From Diplonema japonicum (taxonomy: Eukaryota; Protista; Euglenozoa: Diplonemea): DNA of 64,000 nucleotides. A program made the position numbers and the translations under genes. Below, one piece after another: positions 32,046 through 43,822 of this stretch (position 1 is the first letter of the stretch; every line of letters begins with the position of its first letter). The stretch covers positions 124,001-188,000 of the forward strand of contig OZ025737.1 of assembly GCA_964019335.1 (NCBI GenBank), in the 5' to 3' direction. The notes under the pieces were generated by a model. That model saw only the letters and a program-made list of their open reading frames with translations. It had not been told where the DNA came from and made no database searches.

Positions 32046-34988
32046 ATGCGACGCACCACGTCGTTCCTTGCGAGGAGCGCATCGATGAAGAAGAAGAGGG
32101 AGAGGGAGATTGAGCAGGAGAGAACAGCCGCTGAGGGAGACGAGAGCGACGATGAGCCCCCTACGAAATTTTTGAGAATAGACACAATGTGTCAAGAAAG
32201 GCCTCTTGAGAGGTCTGTGACGGTGTGCCAGGAGAGATCCCTGACGATGACAGTGGAGGAGATACAGACAGAGGAACAGAAGGCGGACACGATGATCAAT
32301 CAACTGTTTCAGAAAACTGTGATGCCAGCAGAGCGTCCTTCAGCTTCTGTGTCGCTGTCACCACCAGAGTCACCCGTACACAAAGTACCAGTGCAGGGCA
32401 CCCCGCCTCGTGAGGCATCTTTATCGAAACTAGTGGGACACGCTGCAGAAGCCGTGGTGACCCCTGTTATACCAAAATCATATTCATCCAAGCAAATGCT
32501 GCACAAGGGATATGAAAACCAAGCAACGACGTGGAACGCAACAGACTCTCTGCACGGGATGGTCCGCAGGGGGGACTTCCACGGGCTCAAGGCAGCCCTT
32601 ACCCAAAACCCTCAAGACGCATGTGTGAAAGACGATCTTGGTGCTAACATCCTTCACGTAAGCCTGCTCATCAACGGTGCAAAGCAACGGCAAATTGCAT
32701 GTTGGCTTTTGGACAATCACCCGAAGCTTCTCTCAGACCCGTACGACTCAGAGGGCTTTGCAGGTGAAGTCGCGCTTCACTTCCCAATTGTGCACCGCGA
32801 TGCGGCGCTCGCCCGTCTGCTCTTGGGGCGGTACCCGCAAGCGTTGTTTTGCAGAGCGAAAGGTTCGTTCTTCAGGGAGCCGAAGGAGGGTTGCTATTTT
32901 GGAGAATATCCTTTGCTGTTCTCGGTGTGCACGAACCAACCGGATTTGGTCAGCACGTTTCTTGAGGTAGGTGTTCGGGCGCTTGGTTTGAGCAAAAACG
33001 CGCACTTAAAGTTCCGCGACATTGACAGGAACACAGCGCTGCACTTATGTGTGTACCATAACCTACCTGATATGTATGATTTTATCGAGGAGCTGTGGAA
33101 GAAGCACTGCCCCGAGATTTTGGAGGAGGGCACTGAGGAGCTTAGGAACAGCCAAGGCTACACACCCTTCACGCTGTCGGCAAAGCTCGGGAAGCAGGAG
33201 ATTTTCAACCACCTGCTCCAACGGTGCTCGATCACGGAGTGGAAGTACGGCCCCGTGAATTGCCGAAAGGTCGCGTTGACCGAGCTGGACAGACCCGTGA
33301 GCCACGAGGGGGCGAAGAGGAAAGGCGTTCTTCAGATACTCGAAGAGGAACAACATTCACACCTTCTCATGCACCCTTTGATCCTGCAGCTCCAGCAATA
33401 CAAATGGGACACATTCGCTGGGAGGTATTTCATAAACAGGTTCTGTGTTGTGTGTGCGTTCATCGAGGTTTTCTTTGTAGCATCGGTCCTGAAGAGTGAC
33501 ACAAGGGCTGACAGCGACCTCTCGGCGGGGGTAGTCTTGGCAAGCCTTGTTACAGGCTTCACGGTGTGGTACTCTGCCGTGGCGTTGTCGCGGAATCTTC
33601 CCCTTGCCGCACAACCTGACTGGCCTGCTCATGTGTGCATTTTTCTTGCGACCTCTTTGGCTACCGTGAGCTACTTTATACCTTCTGTCGCATTGTACTC
33701 AGAAAGCATTGTGGTCTTGGGTGCTCTATGGAAAGCCATGCGCGAGATGAAAGAAATGTACAGCGACTCCATAGTGGACTATTTCTCCTGCAAAGGTGCG
33801 CAGCTTATGGAGAATGTGATCTCGTTGACATTCAGCTGTCTGATACTGGCGGCGGTTTGCAGCAGATATTACGACGCGCCGATGGCGGAGGATCTCTCGT
33901 TGGCATTTGCTTCGTTGGCGTTGTGGTCGTACGTGTTGTGGCTTTTGCTGGGCTTCAGGATGACGGGGCCGTTCGTCATAATGATCTGGAAGATGCTGTG
34001 CAGCGATATTTTGAGGTTTCTGTTGATTTTCGCGGCATTTTTGTTCGGGTTCGCGCAGACTTTCTTCATCCTTCTGGATGAGTCGGGGTTTGAGAGTTTT
34101 GTGAGACGGGTCCATGTGTGCTTTGTAGCGCTCCTCGGGCAGGCCGAGCTGTCCCACGAGGAATCCAACAAATTCCCGGTTCTCAGTACAACACTGCTGT
34201 TGATGTACGTGTTGCTCGTCTCGATTCTGTTGCTCAACCTTCTCGTAGCGATGATGTCCAGCACCTACGCAGAGATCCAAGAGGAGGCCGAGAAGGTCTG
34301 GAGGCTTCAATGGACGCGTCTCATCTTCAGCATTGAAAGCGAAATGTCCCCCGAAGCGAAACAATCCGATAAAAACACGTACTGGGCCGTCATGGACTCC
34401 CCGACAGGCATGAAACGATACTTCGTCCTCCCTATGAAGGCCGGCGAGGAAGAGGTCAAACGGTTTCACGATGAGGTCAACCCTTTCAAAGGAAGGCGAC
34501 CGCCTGCTGTGGTTGCATCCGAACTAGATGGACACAAAGAACTGGAAGATTTACTGGAAGATCCTTCAATAGACGCGGCGTATGGGGACGACTACTCAAG
34601 GGCTTTCCTAGAGACATATGTGGGCAGTGTTACTCAGGATGTGATAAAAAGTGCTGCAGCTGTGTTCAACCATGGGACTGCGAACCCTGAGCTTGTGCAG
34701 CTTCTCGTTGGTATCGCGTTTACACAGTCGGGCCCTGATCTTCTAGGGTTGTTGTCGCACCACTACTTCGGCTGCCCATTACCCAAAAACCTTCAGAAGG
34801 CGCGCTCCGCTCGTTTCCTAGCTTCTATCTTTGATGTTAAAACTATACCTGTGTCGGAGGTACGCAGCCTGCTGTCGTCTTTCGCCACACAGACACCTGC
34901 TCTTGCCATCGAATCAACACCGTCTTTCTCTAATTTCCCGGCCGTCAGGGTTCAATCAGCTTCGCTTCCAACAGAGGCCACCAGTTGA
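32046..34988 (+). CDS. TRPV-like cation channel (ankyrin repeats plus TRP TM domain)
   Basis: Ankyrin repeats (GANILHV, GEVALHF, RNTALHL, GYTPFTL); TRPV hallmarks YFGEYPLLFSVCTNQ and WKYGPV; GFRMTGPFVIMIWKM..DILRF; S6 LLNLLVAMMSSTY; TRP box WRLQW. Confidence 0.92.
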   Translation: MRRTTSFLARSASMKKKREREIEQERTAAEGDESDDEPPTKFLRIDTMCQERPLERSVTVCQERSLTMTVEEIQTEEQKADTMINQLFQKTVMPAERPSASVSLSPPESPVHKVPVQGTPPREASLSKLVGHAAEAVVTPVIPKSYSSKQMLHKGYENQATTWNATDSLHGMVRRGDFHGLKAALTQNPQDACVKDDLGANILHVSLLINGAKQRQIACWLLDNHPKLLSDPYDSEGFAGEVALHFPIVHRDAALARLLLGRYPQALFCRAKGSFFREPKEGCYFGEYPLLFSVCTNQPDLVSTFLEVGVRALGLSKNAHLKFRDIDRNTALHLCVYHNLPDMYDFIEELWKKHCPEILEEGTEELRNSQGYTPFTLSAKLGKQEIFNHLLQRCSITEWKYGPVNCRKVALTELDRPVSHEGAKRKGVLQILEEEQHSHLLMHPLILQLQQYKWDTFAGRYFINRFCVVCAFIEVFFVASVLKSDTRADSDLSAGVVLASLVTGFTVWYSAVALSRNLPLAAQPDWPAHVCIFLATSLATVSYFIPSVALYSESIVVLGALWKAMREMKEMYSDSIVDYFSCKGAQLMENVISLTFSCLILAAVCSRYYDAPMAEDLSLAFASLALWSYVLWLLLGFRMTGPFVIMIWKMLCSDILRFLLIFAAFLFGFAQTFFILLDESGFESFVRRVHVCFVALLGQAELSHEESNKFPVLSTTLLLMYVLLVSILLLNLLVAMMSSTYAEIQEEAEKVWRLQWTRLIFSIESEMSPEAKQSDKNTYWAVMDSPTGMKRYFVLPMKAGEEEVKRFHDEVNPFKGRRPPAVVASELDGHKELEDLLEDPSIDAAYGDDYSRAFLETYVGSVTQDVIKSAAAVFNHGTANPELVQLLVGIAFTQSGPDLLGLLSHHYFGCPLPKNLQKARSARFLASIFDVKTIPVSEVRSLLSSFATQTPALAIESTPSFSNFPAVRVQSASLPTEATS

Positions 34989-35291
34989 TGGGAGAAAAGA
35001 AAGGATCGGTGTTTTCTTTTTTTTTTTTTTTTTTTTTTGCCTCTGTTTTTTATGCCGAAGAAGGAGGAACAGCGCTGTTGAAAGGGGACATATACAGTAG
35101 TGGATGAGAACAAGGGCGCGTCTCACAAGGATTTCCTTTAACTCATCTGTATATTTTTTTTTCTTCTTCTCCGTTTTTATTTATCTCATTCCCCAAAATC
35201 ACTTCTTTTTTTATTATTATTAGAATGCCTTGTCTCCATGAGGTGCGCGAAGTGCTTTTCTGGAACACCCTCACAGGTCAGGGTATCTAAA

Positions 35292-38220
35292 ATGAGATCG
35301 CTTCTGATAGTTGCCGCCTGGGCGGCAACCACGATGGCTGACCCATGCACGTCCATTGGGGACTGCCTGACGTGTGTAGACTCTCCCTCCAACTGCGGAT
35401 GGTGCTCTACTAAGGTGATATATGAGAACGGGCAAGTGGGCACACAGTGCGTTGGGCCGCAGTCGGGGAACCCTTTTACCTGCCTTGGTATCTACTCCAC
35501 GGAGGAGTGTGTTGCTGGGTACATCTGTGACAAGTCAACATACCAGTGTGCCCAAACGCAGCCTGGTGCCGGTGCTACCCTCGCCACGTGTCTCCAGCAG
35601 TGTATTGCTCCGGCACCCCCCGGCCCTCCTCCTCCGCCGGGCACGGGTTGGGAGTGCGAGGTCGCCACAGGCACCTGCAAGCCTGCAGGTGTGGGCAAGG
35701 GCGTTCCCAAGGCGGCATGCGAAGCTGGTTGCATTCTCCCGCCTCCCCCTACCCCGCCTACACCTTCACCCACACCACCACCTGCCGCAAAGGTCTATGT
35801 CTGTGACATCAAGAACTTCACCTGCCAAGTAGTGGCCCCAGGAACACCCCACTCCTCTTCCCTGGCAATCTGCGAGTCCATGTGCCACCTCCCGCCGCCG
35901 CCTGGCCCGCCCACGCCTCCTATTCCCACACCACCGCCTACTCCTCCTGGTCCCCCCGGTCCTCCTTCACCTCCGCCCCCCCCGCCCCCTCCTGTCGCCA
36001 AGGTCTACAAGTGTGACCAAACCACCGGTACTTGCCACGTGGTACCCCCTGGCACTCCCGGGTCTGGCTCTCTCCTTGTCTGTAACCAGACTTGCCATGT
36101 TACCCCTGCGCCTCCCACACCCCCCTCCGGTTACAAGTGCAGATTAAGCGACTTTACTTGTGTGATGGGTGGGACTGAGACTCAAAGTGACTGCTTGAAG
36201 GCCTGCCAGGGCTTCTACGTCTGCGACACGAAGAACTACACTTGCAACCCCACCAACGCTAGTACACCTGGTGCCACCAGCAAAGACAAGTGCGAGGACA
36301 ACTGCGCTGCGAACTGGGAATGCAATGCCACTGCTCTCCAGTGCCAGCACAGCGCCCCTGGAAAGAACGGGACCACAAAAGCAGAGTGCGATGCGTACTG
36401 CGTAACCTCGTACACCTGCCAGGACAACCTCACTTGCTCTGCGGGCCCCCCCGGCAGCGGCATCCCGAACAAGACTCAGTGCGAAGACCTCTGTGTCCCA
36501 GCCTACCAGTGCGACGCCAAGACGCTGTCATGCAACCCTGTCCCCCCCAGCAAGGGGACCTCTAAGGCAAGGTGCGAGCTTGGCTGCGTCACTAACTACT
36601 TCTGCAACAGCTCTTGGCAGTGCACCCCTGTGCCCCCCGGCCAGGGCTACCGCAACATGACGACGTGCGAGGACCACTGCAAGGAGCCCCCTCCGTACTA
36701 CCAGTGCAACTACGACACGTACAAGTGCGATAAGGTCCCCGCTGGCTCACCCCCCCCTGCTGTCCCCAGCCTGGACCAGTGTGAGAAGAAGTGTGTTGAG
36801 CCACCCCCGACCCCCGGTCCGCCCTCCAACTTGAAGGGTCTGTGGAGGGGTCTCTACGTGCAGAACAACTACACCGTCGGCGAGTTCGACATCTTCTTCG
36901 GCGACACCAACGTCACTATTGTGTCGCGCGACGCAGTGCTGCTGAAGGGTGACGTGAAGACCGCTCCTGACGAGACTGTTGAGATTTCTGTCACTGTCGG
37001 GAAGGACACCGGCAAGATGGTCAAAGCCCTGTTCCAGGCACAGGGCGACGGTGCTGAGACCACCTACGGGGAGTTCGCCCTTGGCGCTGCAGGTGCCCCT
37101 GCACCTGCAAGCATCTCCGTCGCCATGAAGACGGCGGGGAGTCAGGTTTTCATCCTCGCGAAGTGCTTGAGCCAGTCTTGCAGCTTCCACATGGAGTTCG
37201 CTTCAATGATGAAGTCTTCTTTCCCTAGGCTCTCCGCCGCCCTCCCACAGGCTGTAAGCGAGCCTCTTGTGAACGACCCTTGCATGCAGCACGGTACTAG
37301 CTGCCAGGTATGAAAGATGTCCCGTAAACACCATCACCTCAAGGCGTGTCTTGCTGCTGCGAAGTACTGCGGTTGGTGCAGCAAGCCCGTGACATACCAG
37401 GTATGATCAAACGCTGCGTTGACCACCACCACCACACAGGACGGCACGAAGGGCACGCAGTGTGCGGGTACCGCTCTTGGCATTGAGCCATTCGTGTGTG
37501 ACGGGACGTATTCCACAGCGTCGTGCCCGGGGCCAACCCCGCCTCCTGGGCCTCCGACTCCACCAGGCCCCCCGACGCCACCGGGCCCACCCACACCTCC
37601 TGGGCCGCCGACGCCCCCTTCGCCACCGTCGCCGCCGACACCGCCGACTCCTCCAACTCCTCCAACTCCTCCATCGGATTTGAAGTACAGGTGCAACTTC
37701 ACGACATTGCAGTGCGAGACTGGTGGGAAGCAGAGCAAGCAGGATTGTGATAACTCGTGCGTGCAGCCCACGCCAGTACCGCCGAATGAGCTGCTTGGGT
37801 ACTGGAGGGGGCTACAGGTACGACCGAAAACAGGGTAAAAAAGTACACAAACCACAGATCCGGAACCGCTACATGGTGGGTGAGTGGGATATCTACTTCA
37901 CCCCCAGCGTCACGGTGATGTACCACAACGGGACGGAGATCTGGCAGGCACACGTCCAGACCTACGCAGGTGTCTACATGAAGTTCGACTTCGTGACGGG
38001 CCCGTACACTGGGAGGACCATTGAAGCCATGTACCAGAAGACCAACCTGAACATGATCACAGCCATCACAATTGCTTGGAGTGCCCCCAACGGCCCTATG
38101 CCTGGTTCTTTTGACGAAGCTATGGTGGCGCCTTTGGATTCCCACGATTTCTACAAGTGCGTTCAGTTCAGCGAAGAATGTGTTTTTGTAAACCCACACA
38201 AGACTTCTAAATTGAAATGA
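35292..38220 (+). CDS. Secreted Cys/Pro-rich modular protein (2 PSI-like domains, 12 short Cys repeats, 2 LxGxWRGL domains); exons 35292-37307, 37344-37400, 37440-37817, 37858-38220
   Basis: Signal peptide MRSLLIVAAWAATTMA; DPC...CGWCS..V.Y..G..GTQC.G occurs twice; three GT-AG introns (36, 39, 40 nt) keep the frame and rebuild the duplicated domains. Confidence 0.85.
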
Positions 38221-39335
38221 AGAAAAAAAGAAGAAAAAAGAAAAATTCCACGCCTTTTCCTTACGTAAGTCCCCCCCCCCCCCTCCTTTTTTATGATGGT
38301 TTGTTGTTGTTGTTGTTGTTGTTTTTTTTTTTTTTTTTTTTTTTTTTTGCCTTCGGTTCTTGTTTCATGCAATGCAATTAACTACCCAGCTTCCCCCCCC
38401 CCTTTTTTTTCTTCCCCGTCTTGTAAGATTTCTTCTTCTTTTTTTTGTTGTTTCTTTATCTTGGCTTTGCAACAAGATTAGCAGGCCTTGAAACGGGAGG
38501 GAAAAAAAAAGAGAAAAAAAAAAGAGAAATCTTAAAGGTTGAAAGAAAAGGGAGAAACATGAGAAGAAAAAAAAAAAAGGTGAACTATTGAGAATGGTTA
38601 TATAAAAAAAAAATTAAAAAAAAAAGCTCAAAACAGAGCATATTTTTACGCAATTCCTTTTTTTTTTTTTCATTATTGCACGCTTAACGCCACCTAGTGT
38701 TGCAATCAAAGCCCCATTTTTTTTTTTTTTTGATATGCCATCCTTCGTATTTCTCCACTCAACAGGGGCTTCATCATTTTTACACGCTGCTTCATGGAGG
38801 GAAAATACACCTTTTTCTTTTTTTCCCGACAATTTGAAACTAATTCAACACTTCACTTTGACATCACAGCCATCGTCATATCAGCAAAATGCCCCCCCCC
38901 CCCCCCCCCCCCCGGAAAAGATCGGCCCTGGTCTAGAACGTAGCATCTAGTGACCGGAAGGGCGAACTACAAGACTTACTTACCGCCAAATGAGAGCCAT
39001 ATTTCAACAATGTTGCCAACCGAATTGAAATTATGTGCTATTTTCTTTTTTTTTTTATTATTCTTACGTTTTCTTTTTTTTTTCTTTTCTTTCTTTATTT
39101 TTTTTTTTAAAAAGGGGCAAACCAATAATGCAAAATAAAAAAAAAGAAAATCTTAAATGATCCCTCTTTTTTGCTCTAGATATTTTGATTGTTTTTCGCT
39201 CGCTTCCTTATCCTTCCTTCCAATTGACCTCCTTCCCCCCACATCCCCCCCCCCCTCGAAAATCAAAAGCGAATTTTTCAAATCAACAAAGGTTGGAGGG
39301 GAGGAAGAGAGCGGAGGGGAAGGGCGGATAAAATA

Positions 39336-39965
39336 ATGTCCACATGGAATGATGCTAGAAGGCAACTAGCCAGCCTCACAGTCACAGCTGAAACAGATGA
39401 GGTGATTAATGAGGTAAACCAAATCGAGGAACAAGAAGCAGCCCGAAACGCAATGTTAAAGCAGCAGCTAGAGGCACTGAAGGCGAGCAGGGGGAAACAA
39501 ATAGCAGAGGAGCACACGGCAAGCCTGAAAACTATGGAAAAAATGTTCCAAAGGCAAACAGAAGACTTGGAAGCGATGGTCGATGGGCGGGGTGCAAGCG
39601 TGCCAGAACCGGTGAGAAGAGAGAAAACTAAGGGGCCTTGTACATCATGTGCAGCATTACGTGACGCCCTGCGAGCTAGCCAGGATGAGGTCACACGGCT
39701 GCGACAGCTCCTCTCTAAGTCTCGGGACGCGTCTGTCCTTCACTCGTACAGCCAGTCCGCAGTTCGACATTTAGAAACATCTCCCTCTCGGTCAAAATCC
39801 CGATCTCTCTCCCCCGTCCACTCCGAGCACCTCCGCATCACAAACAGACGCCTGAAACAAGAACTTGCCACTATGCACAGCCAAGACCGTCTGGTCACAA
39901 AGCGAATCCAACAGCTGGCAAGAACCGCAGGAGGCGATAAGAAACCACCTTTCAGATACGGATAA
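39336..39965 (+). CDS. Small coiled-coil protein with CxxC
   Basis: 209-aa ORF with heptad pattern and PCTSC. Confidence 0.7.
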   Translation: MSTWNDARRQLASLTVTAETDEVINEVNQIEEQEAARNAMLKQQLEALKASRGKQIAEEHTASLKTMEKMFQRQTEDLEAMVDGRGASVPEPVRREKTKGPCTSCAALRDALRASQDEVTRLRQLLSKSRDASVLHSYSQSAVRHLETSPSRSKSRSLSPVHSEHLRITNRRLKQELATMHSQDRLVTKRIQQLARTAGGDKKPPFRYG

Positions 39966-40100
39966 ATGTAAAAATGTAATGTATTTTTTTCCTTTTTTTT
40001 TTCCCCTTTTTTTTCTCACCCCCTCTCATTCCTACTAAAAAAAAAATTTCAAAAAAAAAAAAAAAGGAGGGAGTGGGAAAAAAAAAGGAAAAAAAAAAAA

Positions 40101-41180
40101 ATGAAGCTTGCACGGAGATTTTGCAGCAGCGGAGTTTCTTCGCAGAAGAAGCTGAACATGCAGGAGTTCAAGGTTAAGATAGCGGAGGGTCCTGGTTTGG
40201 AGGACTTTGTGGCGGCGGGGGACAGCCCGGTGACGGCTTCACAGGTGGCGAAGAAGAAACCGTTTAGAACGGAACCGCTCCCTTCGTGGCTGAAGCTGTC
40301 CACCATCCGTGAAAAATCGGAGAACGCAAACTTCAAAAAACTGAAAAAAAACATGAGACACGCAAAGCTCGCAACTGTGTGCGAAGAAGCAAAATGCCCC
40401 AACATCGCAGAATGCTGGGGAGGTGGAGACTCCGAAACTGCGACTGCCACCATCATGTTAATGGGCGACACGTGCACACGAGGGTGCAGATTCTGCGCTG
40501 TAAAAACATCACGTGCACCACCACCCCTCGACCCTCAGGAACCATTCCACACCGCAGCCCAAGTCGACAAGATGGGTGTTGGCTATGTGGTCCTCACCAT
40601 GGTTGACAGGGACGACCTTGAAGACGGTGGTGCGGAACACATCGCGAAGTGCATTTCACAGATTAAAAAAGAGACCGACAACAGGGTTTTGCTTGAATGC
40701 CTGACTGGGGACTTCAGGGGAAATGAGGAACACATCACGAAAGTTGCCAATTCCGGTTTAGAAGTCTTTGCACACAACATAGAATGCGTGGAACGCGCTA
40801 CCACAATGGTCCGCGATAGGAGGGCAGGCTACGCACAGTCGTTGAAGGTCCTTGAAACAGCCAAACGAACTGCACCTGTCCTCACAAAGTCCTCCATCAT
40901 GCTTGGTTTCGGTGAGAAGCAAGAGGAAGTTCGCCAGACCCTCGTGGACCTTCGTACTGCTGGTGTTGACTGCGTCACTCTAGGTCAGTACCTGCAGCCC
41001 AACAGGTCCCGGATGAAGGTTGCAAAATATGTCCACCCCGATGAATTCGAAATGTGGAGAGAGGAGGGCGAGAAAATGGGATTCCTGTACGTTGCCAGCG
41101 GTCCAATGGTGCGGAGCAGCTACAAAGCAGGGGAATACTACATTTCCAATATCTTGAAGAAAAGAGGAATCAAGAACTAG
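40101..41180 (+). CDS. LIAS: Mitochondrial lipoyl synthase
   Basis: Presequence-like MKLARRF; [12 protein letters not shown], radical-SAM [27 protein letters not shown]. Confidence 0.97.
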   Translation: MKLARRFCSSGVSSQKKLNMQEFKVKIAEGPGLEDFVAAGDSPVTASQVAKKKPFRTEPLPSWLKLSTIREKSENANFKKLKKNMRHAKLATVCEEAKCPNIAECWGGGDSETATATIMLMGDTCTRGCRFCAVKTSRAPPPLDPQEPFHTAAQVDKMGVGYVVLTMVDRDDLEDGGAEHIAKCISQIKKETDNRVLLECLTGDFRGNEEHITKVANSGLEVFAHNIECVERATTMVRDRRAGYAQSLKVLETAKRTAPVLTKSSIMLGFGEKQEEVRQTLVDLRTAGVDCVTLGQYLQPNRSRMKVAKYVHPDEFEMWREEGEKMGFLYVASGPMVRSSYKAGEYYISNILKKRGIKN

Positions 41181-41393
41181 GGATGGGGGGGGGAGGAGAA
41201 GGGAATAATTAACCACTTAAGCCCACAGGCTAAAAACCTAAACTGGGTTTATTGGTTTTAAAAAAAAGAAAAAGAAAAAAGAAAAGAAAAAAAAACCTGA
41301 CCCTGTCTTTTTTTTATCTCTGCTCTTTTCCTTTTCCCGGAATAGTAAGGGAGAGGGGAGGGTGATGGGAAAGAGGGAAAAAAAACGTTTTGA

Positions 41394-41438
<45 letters not shown>

Positions 41439-41788
41439 CATTACGGGTTTGCTGTCATCCTGAGGGAGACCGCCGTGTAGAGAAAAGGTGTATATTTTTG
41501 CTTTTCCTTGCTTTCGTTTTTTTTTTTTTTTTTTTTTTTTTTCTTCTTCTTCTTCTTTAGTCTACTCCACGCTTCCACGCTTTCAGAAGGAAAACCCCCA
41601 GACACATACTCCTGTCGGGGGGAGCCTTCGAGAGCATATTCTCCCCGTTATCACCCCTTTGAGCTTCACCAACGCAGTGTACGCCCGTATGCGAGGCCTG
41701 TCTGCTGTTGTTTAGCCTGTTCTTTCCACCCTCCCCCCATCGCCATATGCAGTTCAACAATCACGCTTTTTTTTTTTTTTATTCTTAA

Positions 41789-42885
41789 CCATCTACCAAC
41801 GGACCATGCCCACCAGGGGGTAAATTTTCAAAACTTCAAAAAAAGCTATTCTAGCGCAACGCCGGGGCTATATGCCCCCGGAAATGCCTCCAGATGTCCC
41901 AATTCTAGAGAGAGGGTGCCCACAGCAGGGCCCACCCCCACAACATTGTCAAAAATATCGTTCCTGAAGTGCCCGAGAGGGTCCCGCAAATATCACCCAG
42001 GTCGGTTCCGCCCATTGCGGTGTTGTAAATATGCACTTGGTGGGGAACAAGATGTCCTTTCCGGCTTTCATTCTCTTTTGGCGGACGGTCAAATTTGACT
42101 TCACTGGAACATCCAACATCAGCGATAGGTAGAAGTCAGCACGCTTGTTTGTTTCGCTGTGGAAACACAGATTTCCCAGAATAGTCAAAAAGCGGTCTTT
42201 TGACATGACGGTGGCGTACCTAGGGGTGTAGTTGAGAAACGTGGAGCCAGTGCACCAGTAATCAGAATAATCTGGCTTGATATCCAAGTCCACGGACAAA
42301 AGGACACCTAGGAAGGTACGCAGAGAAGCAGCATCGAGATCCAGGGAGACACCTTTTTTAGCCGCATTTGCCACATTGTTCGAAGTTATGACCCGAATAA
42401 AGTTTGGGACGAGCATTTGGGAGAATATATGGTATGGCGTTGAGCCTTTGATGTCAAAACAGGGCCCACAAGGATTCCGATCTTCACGAAACCGGATGCC
42501 TTCCAACTGCTCCGGCTTTGCCGTCCAATCACCCTGCTGTGACTCGGAATCGGTCGAATTCGTGTCAGAATCACTGTTTGTATCAAAATTGCATAATAGG
42601 GATGAGCCATCAGTGCTGCCATCACTCATAACGTCCTCTTCCAGCCTCTTCCCGGGCGCCTTTTTTTGAAGTGATTTTTAAGGGTAAATTTGGGCTGGCG
42701 TTTTTTTTTTATTTTTTCATTTTCTTGTTAAGTTAGGGCAGCATTTAGTTTATATTTTTTCATATTTTCCGCGCAGGACCCCGGCCGGCAAGAAAGGGCC
42801 GGGTCGTATTGCATTGAAAGCCCTTTGCGTAAAAGATTTTTTTTTTTTCCAAATCGTCTATATATAGACGCTCGTTGGTAGATGG
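41789..42885 (-). mobile_element. Internally deleted piggyBac DNA transposon (1097 bp)
   Basis: 13-bp TIR CCATCTACCAACG (41789-41801) / CGTTGGTAGATGG (42873-42885); TTAA on both flanks (41785-41788, 42886-42889); transposase remnants inside. Confidence 0.93.
41949..42629 (-). pseudogene. Truncated piggyBac transposase (DDE_Tnp_1_7-like)
   Basis: PYHIFSQM..., LRTFLGVLL...P.YSDYW...VMSKDRFLTILGNLCF; after a deletion/frameshift, VPHQVHIYNTAMGGTDLGD (the YN..MGGVD..D motif). Most of the catalytic core is missing. Confidence 0.85.
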
Positions 42886-42983
42886 TTAAAAAACCTGGAA
42901 TCAAAAAAAGGGAAAAAAAAAAGGAAGAGTGGGGCCACCCCACCCCCCACCCTACGGGGGAAAAAAAACAAAAAAAAAAAAAT

Positions 42984-43670
42984 ATGACTGACTGCAAGTC
43001 ATTGACGATAGACCAAATACAGACAATGAAGCTGAGTGATCTGTGCAAGTGCAAAGGGTTGCATGAGGAGTACGTCCGTCTAAGCAGAGAGAAAGAGCAA
43101 CTGCTGTCATCGGTGGGTTCCGTGAGGACCACGGGACTGAGTGCAACTTTACCATCTGCTTCGGTGAGCAGTGGGGGCAGTGTGGAGAGCGCGGCCACCA
43201 TACCTGCGGAGGTACTGATACCTGTGAAATCACCAACAGTGGTGGATGCCAGCGTTCTGCGTAGCTTAAGGGAAGGCATACCTTGCACTTTATATCAACG
43301 AGGAAGGGCAAAGCCAAGCCCAGTAACATTAACCTTATTGCCTTATGATGAGATAGCGTTCGTGTCCCCTCACAGGACGGCTTTGCTTACTCTTTCGTGG
43401 TCTGATTTTTCGCATATTTCTACGGTTTCGTCGGGGAACCTTGGAAGGTTTCGGACCCCTTGGAGGGTACTCACCATTTTCCCCAAATCGCTGGCTGCTG
43501 CGAGGATTGAGTTTGAGCTGGACAGTGACTACTGGTACCGGCAGTTTTACGTTTCGGTACAAACATTTTTTCAGTCCCGACAGCGGCAGAAAGAAGGAGT
43601 CCTTCACGATGTCAGGAGCCTTGCTGCGTGTCAGAAGAAAGTGGTAGAGAGAGCAAGACAACAACATTAA
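42984..43670 (+). CDS. Short coiled coil plus PH-like domain protein
   Basis: ORF from MTDCKSL after an A-run; LREGIPCTLY...LSWSDFSHI...LTIF...EFELDSD...QFY pattern suggests a PH fold. Confidence 0.6.
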   Translation: MTDCKSLTIDQIQTMKLSDLCKCKGLHEEYVRLSREKEQLLSSVGSVRTTGLSATLPSASVSSGGSVESAATIPAEVLIPVKSPTVVDASVLRSLREGIPCTLYQRGRAKPSPVTLTLLPYDEIAFVSPHRTALLTLSWSDFSHISTVSSGNLGRFRTPWRVLTIFPKSLAAARIEFELDSDYWYRQFYVSVQTFFQSRQRQKEGVLHDVRSLAACQKKVVERARQQH

Positions 43671-43782
43671 AAGAAGAAGAAGAAAAAAAGGGGGGGGTGA
43701 AAGCATCGTAGTCATCAGGAGTCATTAACACCACAGTAGTTCCCAGGTTTATACACACAGCTCGCTTCGCCCTTTCAGTGAG

Positions 43783-43822
<40 letters not shown>

